Below, one piece after another: positions 11,476 through 26,300 of a stretch of DNA of 64,000 nt. Made by a program: the position numbers and the translations under genes. The first letter of the stretch is position 1. Each line of letters opens with the position of its first letter. The notes beneath the pieces are model-generated. The model saw only the letters and a list, made by a program, of their open reading frames with translations. It was not told where the DNA came from and searched no databases. Where the stretch lies: the NCBI RefSeq assembly GCF_964355755.1, contig NC_092676.1:12510771-12574770 (forward strand), in the 5' to 3' direction. Source of the DNA: Antedon mediterranea. Taxonomy: Eukaryota > Animalia > Echinodermata.

Positions 11476-14302
11476 CAAATCGCATTTGGAGACGTTTTAG
11501 ACCATTTTGTGCATTTCGATGAAACTTGGTTACACAAAAACATCAAAGTGCTTAAAATCACATTTGAAACCGTTTTAGAGCATTTTTAGCATTTCGATAA
11601 TACTTTTCACACAAAAACATCAAAGTGTACAAAATAGCTTCAAATCGCATTTGGAGACGTTTTAGACCATTTTGTGCATTTCGATGAAACTTGGTTACAC
11701 AAAAACATCAAAGTGCTTAAAATCACATTTGAAATCGTTTTAGACCATTTTGAGCATTTCGATAAAACTTTTCACACAAAAAAATCAAAGTGCACAAAAT
11801 AGCTTCAAATCGCATTTGGAGACGTTTTAGACTATTTTGTGCATTTCGAAAAAATTTGTTAACATAAAAAGACCAAAGTGTTTAGAATATCTCCAAATCG
11901 CATTTGGAGACGTTTTAAATCATTTTGTGCATTTCGATGGAACTTGGTTACACAAAAACATCAAAGTGCTTAAAATCACATTTAAAACCGTTTTAGAGCA
12001 TTTTGAGCATTTCGATAAAACTTTTCACACAAAAACATCAAAGTGTACAAAATAGCTTCAAATCGCATTTAGAGAGGTTTTAGACCATTTTGTGCATTTC
12101 GATAAAACTTTACACACAAAAACATCAAAGTGTACAAAATAGCTTCAAATCGCATTTAGAGACGTTTTAGACCATTTTGTGCATTTCGATAAAACTTTTC
12201 ACACAAAAACATCAAATTGCACAAAATAGCTTAATATAGTGTTTGAAAACGTTTTAAACCATTTTGAGCATGTCGATAAAACTTTTCACACAAAAATATC
12301 AAAGTGCACAGAATATCTTCAAATCGCATTTAGAGACGTTTTAGACCATTTTGTGCATTTCGAAAAAATTTGTTAACATAAAAAGACCAAAGTGTTTAGA
12401 ATATCTCCAAATCGCATTTGGAGACGTTTTAGACCATTTTGTGCATTTCGATGAAACTTGGTTACATAAAAACATCAAAGTGCTTAAAATCACATTTAAA
12501 ACCGTTTTAGAGCGTTTTGAGCATTTCGATAAACTTTTCACACAAAAACATCAAAGTGCACAAAATAGCTTCAAATCGCATTTAGAGATGTTTTAGACCA
12601 TTTTGTGCATTTCGAAAAAACTTTTCACACAAAAACATCAAATTGCACACAATAGCTTAATACCGTGTTTGAAATCGTTTTAAACCATTTTGAGCATGTC
12701 GATAAAACTTTTCACACAAAAACATCAAAGTGCACAGAATATCTTCAAATCGCATATAGAGACGTTTTAGACCATTTTGTGCATTTCGAAAAAATTTGTT
12801 AACATTAAAAGACCAATGTGTTTAGAATATCTCCAAATCGCATTTGGAGACGTTTTAGACCATTTTGTGCATTTCGATGAAACTTGGTTACACAAAAACA
12901 TCAAAGTGCTTAAAATCACATTTGAATCCGTTTTAGAGCATTTTTAGCATTTCGATAATACTTTTCACACAAAAACATCAAAGTGTACAAAATAGCTTCA
13001 AATCGCATTTGGAGACGTTTTAGACCATTTTGTGCATTTCGATGAAACTTGGTTACACAAAAACATCAAAGTGCTTAAAATCACATTTGAAATCGTTTTA
13101 GACCATTTTGAGCATTTCGATAAAACTTTTCACACAAAAAAATCAAAGTGCACAAAATAGCTTCAAATCGCATTTGGAGACGTTTTAGACTATTTTGTGC
13201 ATTTCGAAAAAATTTGTTAACATAAAAAGACCAAAGTGTTTAGAATATCTCCAAATCGCATTTGGAGACGTTTTAAATCATTTTGTGCATTTCGATGGAA
13301 CTTGGTTACACAAAAACATCAAAGTGCTTAAAATCACATTTAAAACCGTTTTAGAGCATTTTGAGCATTTCGATAAAACTTTTCACACAAAAACATCAAA
13401 GTGTACAAAATAGCTTCAAATCGCATTTAGAGAGGTTTTAGACCATTTTGTGCATTTCGATAAAACTTTACACACAAAAACATCAAAGTGTACAAAATAG
13501 CTTCAAATCGCATTTAGAGACGTTTTAGACCATTTTGTGCATTTCGATAAAACTTTTCACACAAAAACATCAAATTGCACAAAATAGCTTAATATCGTGT
13601 TTGAAAACGTTTTAAACCATTTTGAGCATGTCGATAAAACTTTTCACACAAAAATATCAAAGTGCACAGAATATCTTCAAATCGCATTTAGAGACGTTTT
13701 AGACCATTTTGTGCATTTCGAAAAAATTTGTTAACATAAAAAGACCAAAGTGTTTAGAATATCTCCAAATCGCATTTGGAGACGTTTTAGACCATTTTGT
13801 GCATTTCGATGAAACTTGGTTACATAAAAACATCAAAGTGCTTAAAATCACATTTAAAACCGTTTTAGAGCGTTTTGAGCATTTCGATAAACTTTTCACA
13901 CAAAAACATCAAAGTGCACAAAATAGCTTCAAATCGCATTTAGAGATGTTTTAGACCATTTTGTGCATTTCGAAAAAACTTTTCACACAAAAACATCAAA
14001 TTGCACACAATAGCTTAATACCGTGTTTGAAATCGTTTTAAACCATTTTGAGCATGTCGATAAAACTTTTCACACAAAAACATCAAAGTGCACAGAATAT
14101 CTTCAAATCGCATATAGAGACGTTTTAGACCATTTTGTGCATTTCGAAAAAATTTGTTAACATTAAAAGACCAATGTGTTTAGAATATCTCCAAATCGCA
14201 TTTGGAGACGTTTTAGACCATTTTGTGCATTTCGATGAAACTTGGTTACACAAAAACATCAAAGTGCTTAAAATCACATTTGAAACCGTTTTAGAGCATT
14301 TT
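11476..14302 (+). repeat. Tandem duplication with 1358-bp period
   Basis: ORF offsets 11837->13195 and 12351->13709. Shared rare variants gcatatagag, aacattaaaagaccaatg and tgcacacaat. Boundaries are approximate. Confidence 0.85.
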
Positions 14303-17300
14303 GAGCATTTCGATAAAACTTTTCAAACAAAAACATCAAAGTGTACAAAATAGCTTCAAATCACATTTGAAACCGTTTTAGACCATTTTGAGCATTTCGA
14401 TAAAACTTTTCACACAAAAACATCAAAGTGTACAAAATGGCTTCAAATCGCATTTGGAGACGTTTTAGAGCATTTTGAGCATTTCGATCAAACTTTTCAC
14501 ACAAAAACATCAAAGTGTACAAAATAACTTCAAATCGCATTTAGAGACGTTTTAGACCATTTTGTGCATTTTGGTAAAACTTTTCACACAAAAACATCAA
14601 ATTGCACAAAATAGCTTAATATCGTGTTTGAAAACGTTTTAAACCATTTTGAGCATGTCGATAAAACTTTTCACATAAAAATATCAAAGTGCACAGAATA
14701 GCTTCAAATCGCATTTGGAGACGTTTTAGACCATTTTGTGCATTTTGGTAAAACTTTTCACACAAAAACATCAAATTGCACAAAATAGCTTAATATCGTG
14801 TTTGAAAACGTTTTAAACCATTTTGAGCATGTCGATAAAACTTTTCACTCAAAAATATCAAAGTGCACAGAATATCTTCAAATCGCATTTAGAGACGTTT
14901 TAGACCATTTTGTGCATTTTGAAAAAATTTGTTAACATAAAAAGACCAAAGTGTTTAGAATATCTCCAAATCGCATTTGGAGACGTTTTAGACCATTTTG
15001 TGTTTTTCGAAAAAACTTTTCACACAAAAACATCAAAGTGTACAAAATTGCTTCAAATCGCATTTGGAGACGTTTTAGACCATTTTGTGCATTTTGGTAA
15101 AACTTTTCACACAAAAACATCAAAATTCACAAAATAGCTTAATATCGTGTTTGAAAACGTTTTAAACCATTTTGAGCATGTCGATAAAACTTTTCACTCA
15201 AAAATATCAAAGTGCACAGAATATCTTCAAATCGCATTTAGAGACGTTTTAGACCATTTTGTGCATTTCGAAAAAAATTGTTAACATAAAAAGACCAAAG
15301 TGTTTAGAATATCTCCAAATCGCATTTGGAGACGTTTTAGACCATTTTGCGCATTTCGATGAAACTTGGTTACACAAAAACATCAAAGTGCTTAAAATCA
15401 CATTTAAAACCGTTTTAGAGCGTTTTGAGCATTTCGATAAACTTTTCAAACAAAAACATCAAAGTGTACAAAATAGCTTCAAATCGTATTTGGAGACGTT
15501 TTAGACCATTTTGTGCGTTTCGATGAATCTTGGTTACACAAAAACATCAAAGTGCTTAAAATCACATTTAAAACCGTTTTAGTGCATTTTGAGCATTTCG
15601 ATAAAACTTTTCACACAAAAACATCAAAGTGCACAAAATAGCTTCAAATCGCATTTAGAGATGTTTTAGACCATTTTGTGCGTTTCGATAAAACTTTTCA
15701 CACAAAAACATCAAATTGCACAAAATAGCTTAATATCGTGTTTGAAAACGTTTTAGACCATTTTGAGCATGTCGATAAAACTTTTCACACAAAAACATAA
15801 AAGTGCACAAAATAGCTTCAAATCGCATTTAGAGATGTTTTAGACCATTTTGTGCGTTTCGATAAAACTTTTCACACAAAAACATCAAATTGCACAAAAT
15901 AGCTTAATATCGTGTTTGAAAACGTTTTAGACCATTTTGAGCATGTCGATAAAACTTTTCACACAAAAACATAAAAGTGCACAGAATAGCTTCAAATCGC
16001 ATTTGGAGACGTTTTAGACCATTTTGTGCATTTCGAAAAAAACTTTTTAACATAAAAACACCAAAGTGCTTAGAATAGCTTCAAATCGCATTTGGAGACG
16101 TTTTAGACCATTTTGTGCATTTCGATGAAACTTGGTTACACAAAAACATCAAAGTGCTTAAAATCACATTTGAAACCGTTATAGAGCATTTTTAGCATTT
16201 CGATAAAACTTTTCACACAAAAACATCAAAGTGTACAAAATAGCTTCAAATCACATTTGAAACCGTTTTAGACCATTTTGAGCATTTCGATAAAACTTTT
16301 CACACAAAAACATCAAATTGCACAAAATAGCTTAATATTGTGTTTGAAAACGTTTTAAACCATTTTGAGCATGTCGATAAAACTTTTCACACAAAAATAT
16401 CAAAGTGCCCAGAATATCTTCAAATCGCATTTAGAGACGTTTTAGACCATTTTGTGCATTTCGAAAAAATTTGTTAACATAAAAAGACCAAAGTGTTTAG
16501 ATTATCTCCAAATCGCATTTGGAGACGTTTTAGACCATTTTGTGTTTTTCGAAAAAACTTTTCACACAAAAACATCAAAGTGTACAAAATTGCTTCAAAT
16601 CGCATTTAGAGAGGTTTTAGACCATTTTGTGCATTTCGATAAAACTTTTCACACAAAAACATCAAAGTGCACAGAATATCTTAATACCGTGTCTGAAATC
16701 GTTTTAAACCATTTTGAGCATGTCGATAAAACTTTTCACACAAAAACATCAAAGTGCACAGAATATCTTCAAATCGCATTTAGAGACGTTTTAGACCATT
16801 TTGTGCATTTCGAAAAAATTTGTTAACATAAAAAGACCAAAGTGTTTAGAATATCTCCAAATCGCATTTGGAGACGTTTTAGACCATTTTGTGCATTTCG
16901 ATGAAACTTGGTTACACAAAAACATCAAAGTGCTTAAAATCACATTTGAAACCGTTTTAGAGCATTTTGAGCATTTCGATAAAACTTTTCACACAAAAAC
17001 ATCAAAGTGTACAAAATAGCTTCAAATCACATTTGAAACCGTTTTAGACCATTTTGAGCATTTCGATAAAACTTTTCACACAAAAACATCAAAGTGTACA
17101 GAATAGCTTCAAATCGCATTTGGAGACGTTTTAGACCATTTTGTGCATTTCGATGAAACTTGGTTACACAAAAACATCAAAGTGCTTAAAATCACATTTG
17201 AAACCGTTTTAGAGCATTTTTAACATTTCGATAATACTTTTCACACAAAAAAATCAAACTGCACAAAATAGCTTCAAATCGTATTTGGAGAGGTTTTAGA

Positions 17301-20300
17301 CCATTTTGTGCATTTCGATAAAACTTTTCACACAAAAACATCAAAGTGTACAAAATAGCTTCAAATCGCATTTAGAGACGTTTTAGACCATTTTGTGCAT
17401 TTCGATAAAACTTTTCACACAAAAACATCAAATTGCACAAAATAGCTTAATATCGTGTTTGAAAACGTTTTAAACCATTTTGAGCATGTCGATAAAACTT
17501 TTCACAAAAAAATATCAAAGTGCACAGAATATCTTCAAATCGCATTTAGAGACGTTTTAGACCATTTTGTGCATTTCGATGAAACTTGGTTACACAAAAA
17601 CATCAAAGTGCTTAAAATCACATTTAAAACCGTTTTAGAGCGTTTTGAGCATTTCGATAAACTTTTTACACAAAAACATCAAAGTGCACAAAATAGCTTC
17701 AAATCGCATTTAGAGATGTTTTAGACCATTTTGTGCATTTCGATAAAACTTTTCACACAAAAACATCAAATTGCACAAAATAGCTTAATACCGTGTTTGA
17801 AATCATTTTAAACCATTTTGAGCATGTCGATAAAACTTTTCACACAAAAACATCAAAGTGCACAGAATATCTTCAAATCGCATTTAGAGACGTTTTAGAC
17901 CATTTTGTGCATTTCGAAAAAATTTGTTAACATAAAAAGACCAAAGTGTTTAGAATATCTCCAAATCGCATTTGGAGACGTTTTAGACCATTTTGTGCAT
18001 TTCGATGAAACTTGGTTACACAAAAACATCAAAGTGCTTAAAATCACATTTGAAACCGTTTTAGAGCATTTTGAGCATTTCGATAAAACTTTTCACACAA
18101 AAACATCAAAGTTTACAAAATAGCTTCAAATCACATTTGAAACCGTTTTAGACCATTTTGAGCATTTCGATAAAACTTTTCACACAAAAACATCAAAGTG
18201 TACAAAATAGCTTCAATTCGCATTTGGAGACGTTTTAGACCATTTTGTGCATTCCGATGAAACTTGGTTACACAAAAACATCAAAGTGCTTAAAATCACA
18301 TTTGAAACCGTTTTAGAGCATTTTTAGCATTTCGATAATACTTTTCACACAAAAACATCAAAGTGTACAAAATAGCTTCAAATCGCATTTGGAGACGTTT
18401 TAGACCATTTTGTGCATTTCGATGAAACTTGGTTACACAAAAACATCAAAGTGCTTAAAATCACATTTGAAACCGTTTTAGACCATTTTGAGCATTTCGA
18501 TAAAACTTTTCACACAAAAAAATCAAAGTGCACAAAATAGCTTCAAATCGCATTTGGGGACGTTTTAGACTATTTTGTGCATTTCGAAAAAATTTGTTAA
18601 CATAAAAAGACCAAAGTGTTTAGAATATCTCCAAATCGCATTTGGAGACGTTTTAAACCATTTTGTGCATTTCGATGGAACTTGGTTACACAAAAACATC
18701 AAAGTGCTTAAAATCACATTTAAAACCGTTTTAGAGCATTTTTAGCATTTCGATAAAACTTTTCACACAAAAACATCAAAGTGTACAAAATAGCTTCAAA
18801 TCACATTTGAAACCGTTTTAGACCATTTTGAGCATTTCGATAAAACTTTTCACACAAAAACATCAAAGTGTACAAAATAGCTTCAAATCGCATTTGGAGA
18901 CGTTTTAGACCATTTTGTGCATTTCGATGAAACTTGGTTACACAAAAACATCAAAGTGCTTAAAATCACATTTGAAACCGTTTTAGAGCATTTTTAGCAT
19001 TTCGATAAATACTTTTCACACAAAAACATCAAGGTGTACAAAATAGCTTCAAATCGCATTTGGAGACGTTTTAGACCATTTTGTGCATTTCGATGAAACT
19101 TGGTTACAAAAAAACATCAAAGTGCTTAAAATCACATTTGAAACCGTTTTAGACCATTTTGAGCATTTCGATAAAACTTTTCACACAAAAACATCAAATT
19201 GCACAAAATAGCTTAATATCGTGTTTGAAAACGTTTTAGACCATTTTGAGCATGTCGATAAAACTTTTCACACAAAAACATAAAAGTGAACAGAATAGCT
19301 TCAAATTGCATTTGGAGACCTTTTAGAGCATTTTGTGCATTTCGATAAAATGTGTTAATATAAAAAGACCAAAGTGTTTAGAATATCTTCAAATCACATT
19401 TGGAGACGTTTTAGACCATTTTTTGCATTTCGATGAAACTTGGTTACACAAAAACATCAAAGTGCTTAAAATCACATTTAAAACCGTTTTAGAGCATTTT
19501 GAGCATTTCGATAAAACTTTTCACACAAAAACATCAAAGTGTACAAAATAGCTTCAAATCGAATTTAGAGAGGTTTTATACCATTTTGTGCATTTCGATA
19601 AAACTTTTCACACAAAAACATCAAAGTGTACAAAATAACTTCAAATCGCATTTAGAGACGTTTTAGACCATTTTGTGCATTTTGATAAAACTTTTCACAC
19701 AAAAACATCAAATTGCACAAAATAGCTTAATACCGTGTTTGAAATCGTTTTAAACCATTTTGAGCATGTCGATAAAACTTTTCACAAAAAAACATCAAAG
19801 TGCACCGAATAGCTTCAAATCGCATTTGGAGACGTTTTAAACCATTTTGTGCATTTCGATGAAACTTGGTTACACAAAAACATCAAAGTGCTTAAAATCA
19901 CATTTGAAACCGTTTTAGAGCATTTTGAGCATTTCGATAAAACTTTTCACACAAAAACATCAAAGTGTACAAAATAGCTTCAAATCGCATTTAGAGACGT
20001 TTTAGACCATTTTGTGCATTTCGAAAAAATTTGTTAACATAAAAAGACCAAAGTGTTTAGAATATCTCCAAATCGCATTTGGAGACGTTTTAGACCATTT
20101 TGTGCATTTCGATGAAACTTGGTTACACAAAAACATCAAAGTGCTTAAAATCACATTTGAAACCGTTTTAGAGCATTTTTAGCATTTCGATAATACTTTT
20201 CACACAAAAACATCAAAGTGTACAAAATAGCTTCAAATCGCATTTGGAGACGTTTTAGACCATTTTGTGCATTTCGATGAAACTTGGTTACACAAAAACA

Positions 20301-23300
20301 TCAAAGTGCTTAAAATCACATTTGAAACCGTTTTAGACCATTTTGAGCATTTCGATAAAACTTTTCACACAAAAAAATCAAAGTGCACAAAATAGCTTCA
20401 AATCGCATTTGGAGACGTTTTAGACTATTTTGTGCATTTTGAAAAAATTTGTTAACATAAAAAGACCAAAGTGTTTAGAATATCTCCAAATCGCATTTGG
20501 AGACGTTTTAAACCATTTTGTGCATTTCGATGGAACTTGGTTACACAAAAACATCAAAGTGCTTAAAATCACATTTAAAACCGTTTTAGATCATTTTGAG
20601 CATTTCGATAAAACTTTTCAGACAAAAACATCAAATTGCACAAAATAGCTTAATACCGTGTTTGAAATCGTTTTAAACCATTTTGAGCATGTCGATAAAA
20701 CTTTACACAAAAAAACATCAAAGTGCACAGAATAGCTTCAAATCGCATTTGGAGACGTTTTAAACCATTTTGTGCATTTCAATAAAACTTTTCACATAAA
20801 AACAACAAAGTGTACAAAATAGCTTCAAATCGCATTTAGAGACGTTTTAGACCATTTTGGGCATTTCGATGAAACTTGGTTACACAAATACATAAAAATG
20901 CTTAAAATCACATTTCAAACCGTTTTAGAGCATTTTGAGCATTTCGATAAATCTTTTCACACAAAAACATCAAAGTGCACAAAATAGCTTCAAATCGCAT
21001 TTAGAGATGTTTTAGACCATTTTGTGCAATTCGATAAAACTTTTCACACAAAAACATCAAATTGCACAAAATAGCTTAATATCGTGTTTGAAAACGTTTT
21101 AGACCATTTTGAGCATGTCGATAAAACTTTTCACACAAAAACATAAAAGTGAACAGAATAGCTTCAAATTGCATTTGGAGACGTTTTAGAGCATTTTGTG
21201 CATTTCGATAAAATGTGTTAACATAAAAAGACCAAAGTGTTTAGAATATCTTCAAATCACATTTGGAGACGTTTTAGACCATTTTTTGCATTTCGATGAA
21301 ACTTGGTTACACAAAAACATCAAAGTGCTTAAAATCACATTTAAAACCGTTTTAGAGCATTTTGAGCATTTCGATAAAACTTTTCACACAAAAACATCAA
21401 AGTGTACAAAATAGCTTCAAAGCGCATTTAGAGAGGTTTTAGACCATTTTGTGCATTTCGATAAAACTTTTCACACAAAAACATCAAAGTGTACAAAATA
21501 ACTTCAAATCGTATTTAGAGACGTTTTAGACCATTTTGTGCATTTTGATAAAACTTTTCACACAAAAACATCAAATTGCACAAAATAGCTTAATATCGTG
21601 TTTGAAAACGTTTTAAACCATTTTCAGCATGTCGATAAAACTTTTCACACAAAAATATCAAAGTGCACAGAATATCTTCAAATCGCATTTAGAGACGTTT
21701 TAGACCATTTTGTGCATTTCGAAAAAATTTGTTAACATAAAAAGACCAAAGTGTTTAGAATATCTCCAAATCGCATTTGGAGACGTTTTAGACCATTTTG
21801 TGTTTTTCGAAAAAACTTTTCACACAAAAACATCAAAGTGTACAAAATTCCTTCAAATCGCATTTAGAGATGTTTTAGACCATTTTGTGCATTTCGAAAA
21901 AATTTGTTAACATAAAAAGACCAAAGTGTTTAGAATATCTCCAAATCGCATTTGGAGACGTTTTAGACCATTTTGTGCATTTCGATGACACTTGGTTACA
22001 CAAAAACATCAAAGTGCTTAAAATCACATTTAAAACCGTTTTAGAGCGTTTTGAGCATTTCGATAAACTTTTCAAACAAAAACATCAAAGTGTACAAAAT
22101 AGCTTCAAATCGTATTTGGAGACGTTTTAGACCATTTTGTGCGTTTCGATGAATCTTGGTTACACAAAAACATCAAAGTGCTTAAAATCAAATTTAAAAC
22201 CGTTTTAGTGCATTTTGAGCATTTCGATAAAACTTTTCACACAAAAACATCAAAGTGCACAAAATAGCTTCAAATCGCATTTAGAGATGTTTTAGACCAT
22301 TTTGTGCGTTTCGATAAAACTTTTCACACAAAAACATCAAATTGCACAAAATAGCTTAATATCGTGTTTGAAAACGTTTTAGACCATTTTGAGCATGTCG
22401 ATAAAACTTTTCACACAAAAACATCAAAGTTTACAAAATAGCTTCAAATCACATTTGGAGACGTTTTAAACCATTTTGTGCATTTCGAAAAAAACTTTTT
22501 AACATAAAAACACCAAAGTGCTTAGAATAGCTTCAAATCGCATTTGGAGACGTTTTAGACCATTTTGTGCATTTCGATGAAACTTGGTTACACAAAAACA
22601 TCAAAGTGCTTAAAATCACATTTGAAACCGTTTTAGAGCATTTTGAGCATTTCGATAAAACTTTTCACACAAAAACATCAAAGTTTACAAAATAGCTTCA
22701 AATCACATTTGAAACCGTTTTAGACCATTTTGAGCATTTCGATAAAACTTTTCACACAAAAACATCAAAGTGTACAAAATAGCTTCAAATCGCATTTGGA
22801 GACGTTTTAGACCATTTTGTGCATTTCGATGAAACTTGGTTACACAAAAACATCAAAGTGCTTAAAATCACATTTGAAACCGTTTTAGACCATTTTGAGC
22901 GTTTCGATAAAACTTTTCACACAAATAAATCAGAGTGCACAAAATAGCTTCAAATCGCATTTGGAGACGTTTTAGACTATTTTGTGCATTTCGAAAAAAT
23001 TTGTTAACATAAAAAGACCAAAGTGTTTAGAATATCTCCAAATCGCATTTGGAGACGTTTTAAACCATTTTGTGCATTTCGATGGAACTTGGTTACACAA
23101 AAACATCAAAGTGCTTAAAATCACATTTAAAACCGTTTTAGAGCATTTTGAGCATTTCGATAAAACTTTTCACACAAAAACATCAAAGTGTACAAAATAG
23201 CTTCAAATCGCATTTAGAGACGTTTTAGACCATTTTGTGCATTTTGATAAAACTTTTCACACAAAAACATCAAATTGCACAAAATAGCTTAATATTGTGT

Positions 23301-26300
23301 TTGAAAACGTTTTAAACCATTTTGAGCATGTCGATAAAACTTTTCACACAAAAATATCAAAGTGCCCAGAATATCTTCAAATCGCATTTAGAGACGTTTT
23401 AGACCATTTTGTGCATTTCGAAAAAATTTGTTAACATAAAAAGACCAAAGTGATTATCTCCAAATCGCATTTGGAGACGTTTTAGACCATTTTGTGTTTT
23501 TCGAAAAAACTTTTCACACAAAAACATCAAAGTGTACAAAATTGCTTCAAATCGCATTTGGAGACGTTTTAGACCATTTTGTGATTTTCGAAAAACTTTT
23601 CACACAAAAACATCAAAGTGTAGAAAATTGCTTCAAATCGCATTTAGAGACGTTTTAGACCATTTTGTGCATTTCGAAAAAATTTGTTAACATAAAAAGA
23701 CCAAAGTGTTTAGAATATTTCCAAATCGCATTTGGAGACGTTTTAGACCATTTTGTGCATTTCGATGAAACTTGGTTACACAAAAACATCAAAGTGCTTA
23801 AAATCACATTTAAAACCGTTTTAGAGCGTTTTGAGCATTTCGATAAACTTTTCACACAAAAACATCAAAGTGCACAAAATAGCATTTAGAGATGTTTTAG
23901 ACCATTTTGTGCATTTCGATAAAACTTTTCACACAAAAACATCAAATTGCACAAAAAAGCTTAATACCGTGTTTGAAATCGTTTTAAACCAATTTGAGCA
24001 TGTCGATAAAACTTTTCACACAAAAAAATCAAAGTGCACAGAATATCTTCAAATCGCATTTAGAGACGTTTTAGACCATTTTGTGCATTTCGAAAAAATT
24101 TGTTAACATAAAAAGACCAAAGTGTTTAGAATATCTCCAAATCGCATTTGGAGACGTTTTAAACCATTTTGTGCATTTCGATGGAACTTGGTTACACAAA
24201 AACATCAAAGTGCTTAAAATCACATTTGAAAGCGTTTTAGAGCATTTTTAGCATTTCGATAATACTTTTCACACAAAAACATCAAAGTGTACAGAATAGC
24301 TTCAAATCGCATTTGGAGACGTTTTAGACCATTTTGTGCATTTCGATGAAACTTGGTTACACAAAAACATCAAAGTGCTTAAAATCACATTTGAAACCGT
24401 TTTAGAGCATTTTTAACATTTCGATAATACTTTTCACACAAAAACATCAAAGTGTACAAAATAGCTTCAAATCGCATTTGGAGACGTTTTAGACCATTTT
24501 GTGCATTTCGATGAAACTTGGTTACACAAAAACATCAAAGTGCTTAAAATCACATTTGAAAGCGTTTTAGAGCATTTTTAGCATTTCGATAATACTTTTC
24601 ACACAAAAACATCAAAGTGCACAAAATAGCTTCAAATCGCATTTAGAGATGTTTTAGACCATTTTGTGCATTTCGATAAAACTTTTCACACAAAAACATC
24701 AAATTGCACAAAATAGCTTAATACCGTGTTTGAAATCATTTTAAACCATTTTGAGCATGTCGATAAAACTTTTCACACAAAAACATCAAAGTTTTTAGAA
24801 TATCTCCAAATCGCATTTGGAGACGTTTTAGACCATTTTGTGCATTTCGATGAAACTTGGTTACACAAAAACATCAAAGTGCTTAAAATCACATTTGAAA
24901 CCGTTTTAGAGCATTTTGAGCATTTCGATAAAACTTTTCAAACAAAAACATCAAAGTGTACAAAATAGCTTCAAATCACATTTGAAACCGTTTTAGACCA
25001 TTTTGAGCATTTCGATAAAACTTTTCACACAAAAACATCAAAGTGTACAAAATAGCTTCAAATCGCATTTGGAGACGTTTTAGACCATTTTGTGCATTTC
25101 GATGAAACTTGGTTACACAAAAACATCAAAGTGCTTAAAATCACATTTGAAACCGTTTTAGAGCATTTTTAGCATTTCGATAATACTTTTCACACAAAAC
25201 ATCAAAGTGTACAAAATAGCTTCAAATCGCATTTGGAGACGTTTTAGACCATTTTGTGCATTTCGATGAAACTTGGTTACACAAAAACATCAAAGTGCTT
25301 AAAATCACATTTGAAACCGTTTTAGACCATTTTGAGCATTTCGATAAAACTTTTCACACAAAAAAATCAAAGTGCACAAAATAGCTTCAAATCGCATTTG
25401 GGGACGTTTTAGACTATTTTGTGCATTTCGAAAAAAATTGTTAACATAAAAAGACCAAAGTGTTTAGAATATCTCCAAATCGCATTTGGAGACGTTTTAA
25501 ACCATTTTGTGCATTTCGATGGAACTTGGTTACACAAAAACATCAAAGTGCTTAAAATCACATTTAAAACCGTTTTAGAGCATTTTTAGCATTTCGATAA
25601 AACTTTTCACACAAAAACATCAAAGTGTACAAAATAGCTTCAAATCGCATTTAGAGAGGTTTTAGACAATTTTGTGCATTTCGATAAAACTTTTCACACA
25701 AAAACATCAAAGTGTACAAAATAGCTTCAAATTGCATTTAGAGACGTTTTAGACCATTTTGTGCATTTCGATAAAACTTTTCACACAAAAACATCAAATT
25801 GCACAAAATCGTTTTAAACCATTTTAAATCGTTTTAAACCATTTTGAGCATTTCGATAAAACTTTTCACAAAAAACATCAAAGTGCACAGAATAGCTTCA
25901 AATTGCATTTGGAGACGTTTTAGAGCATTTTGTGCATTTCGATAAAATGTGTTAACATAAAAAGACCAAAGTGTTTAGAATATCTTCAAATCACATTTGG
26001 AGACGTTTTAGACCATTTTGTGCATTTCGATGAAACTTGGTTACACAAAAACATCAAAGTGCTTAAAATCACATTTGAAACCGTTTTAGAGCATTTTTAG
26101 CATTTCGATAAAACTTTTCACACAAAAACATCAAAGTGTACAAAATAGCTTCAAATCGCATTTAGAGACGTTTTAGACCATTTTGTGCATTTCGAAAAAA
26201 TTTGTTAACATAAAAAGACCAAAGTGTTTAGAATATCTCCAAATCGCATTTGGAGACGTTTTAGACCATTTTGTGCATTTCGATGAAACTTGGTTACACA

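Noticed and set aside
16452-16826. Longest ORF (124 aa) as a real gene
   Set aside because: It is a chance run of in-frame monomers whose TAG is mutated (ttg, tat). The sequence is otherwise ordinary satellite.
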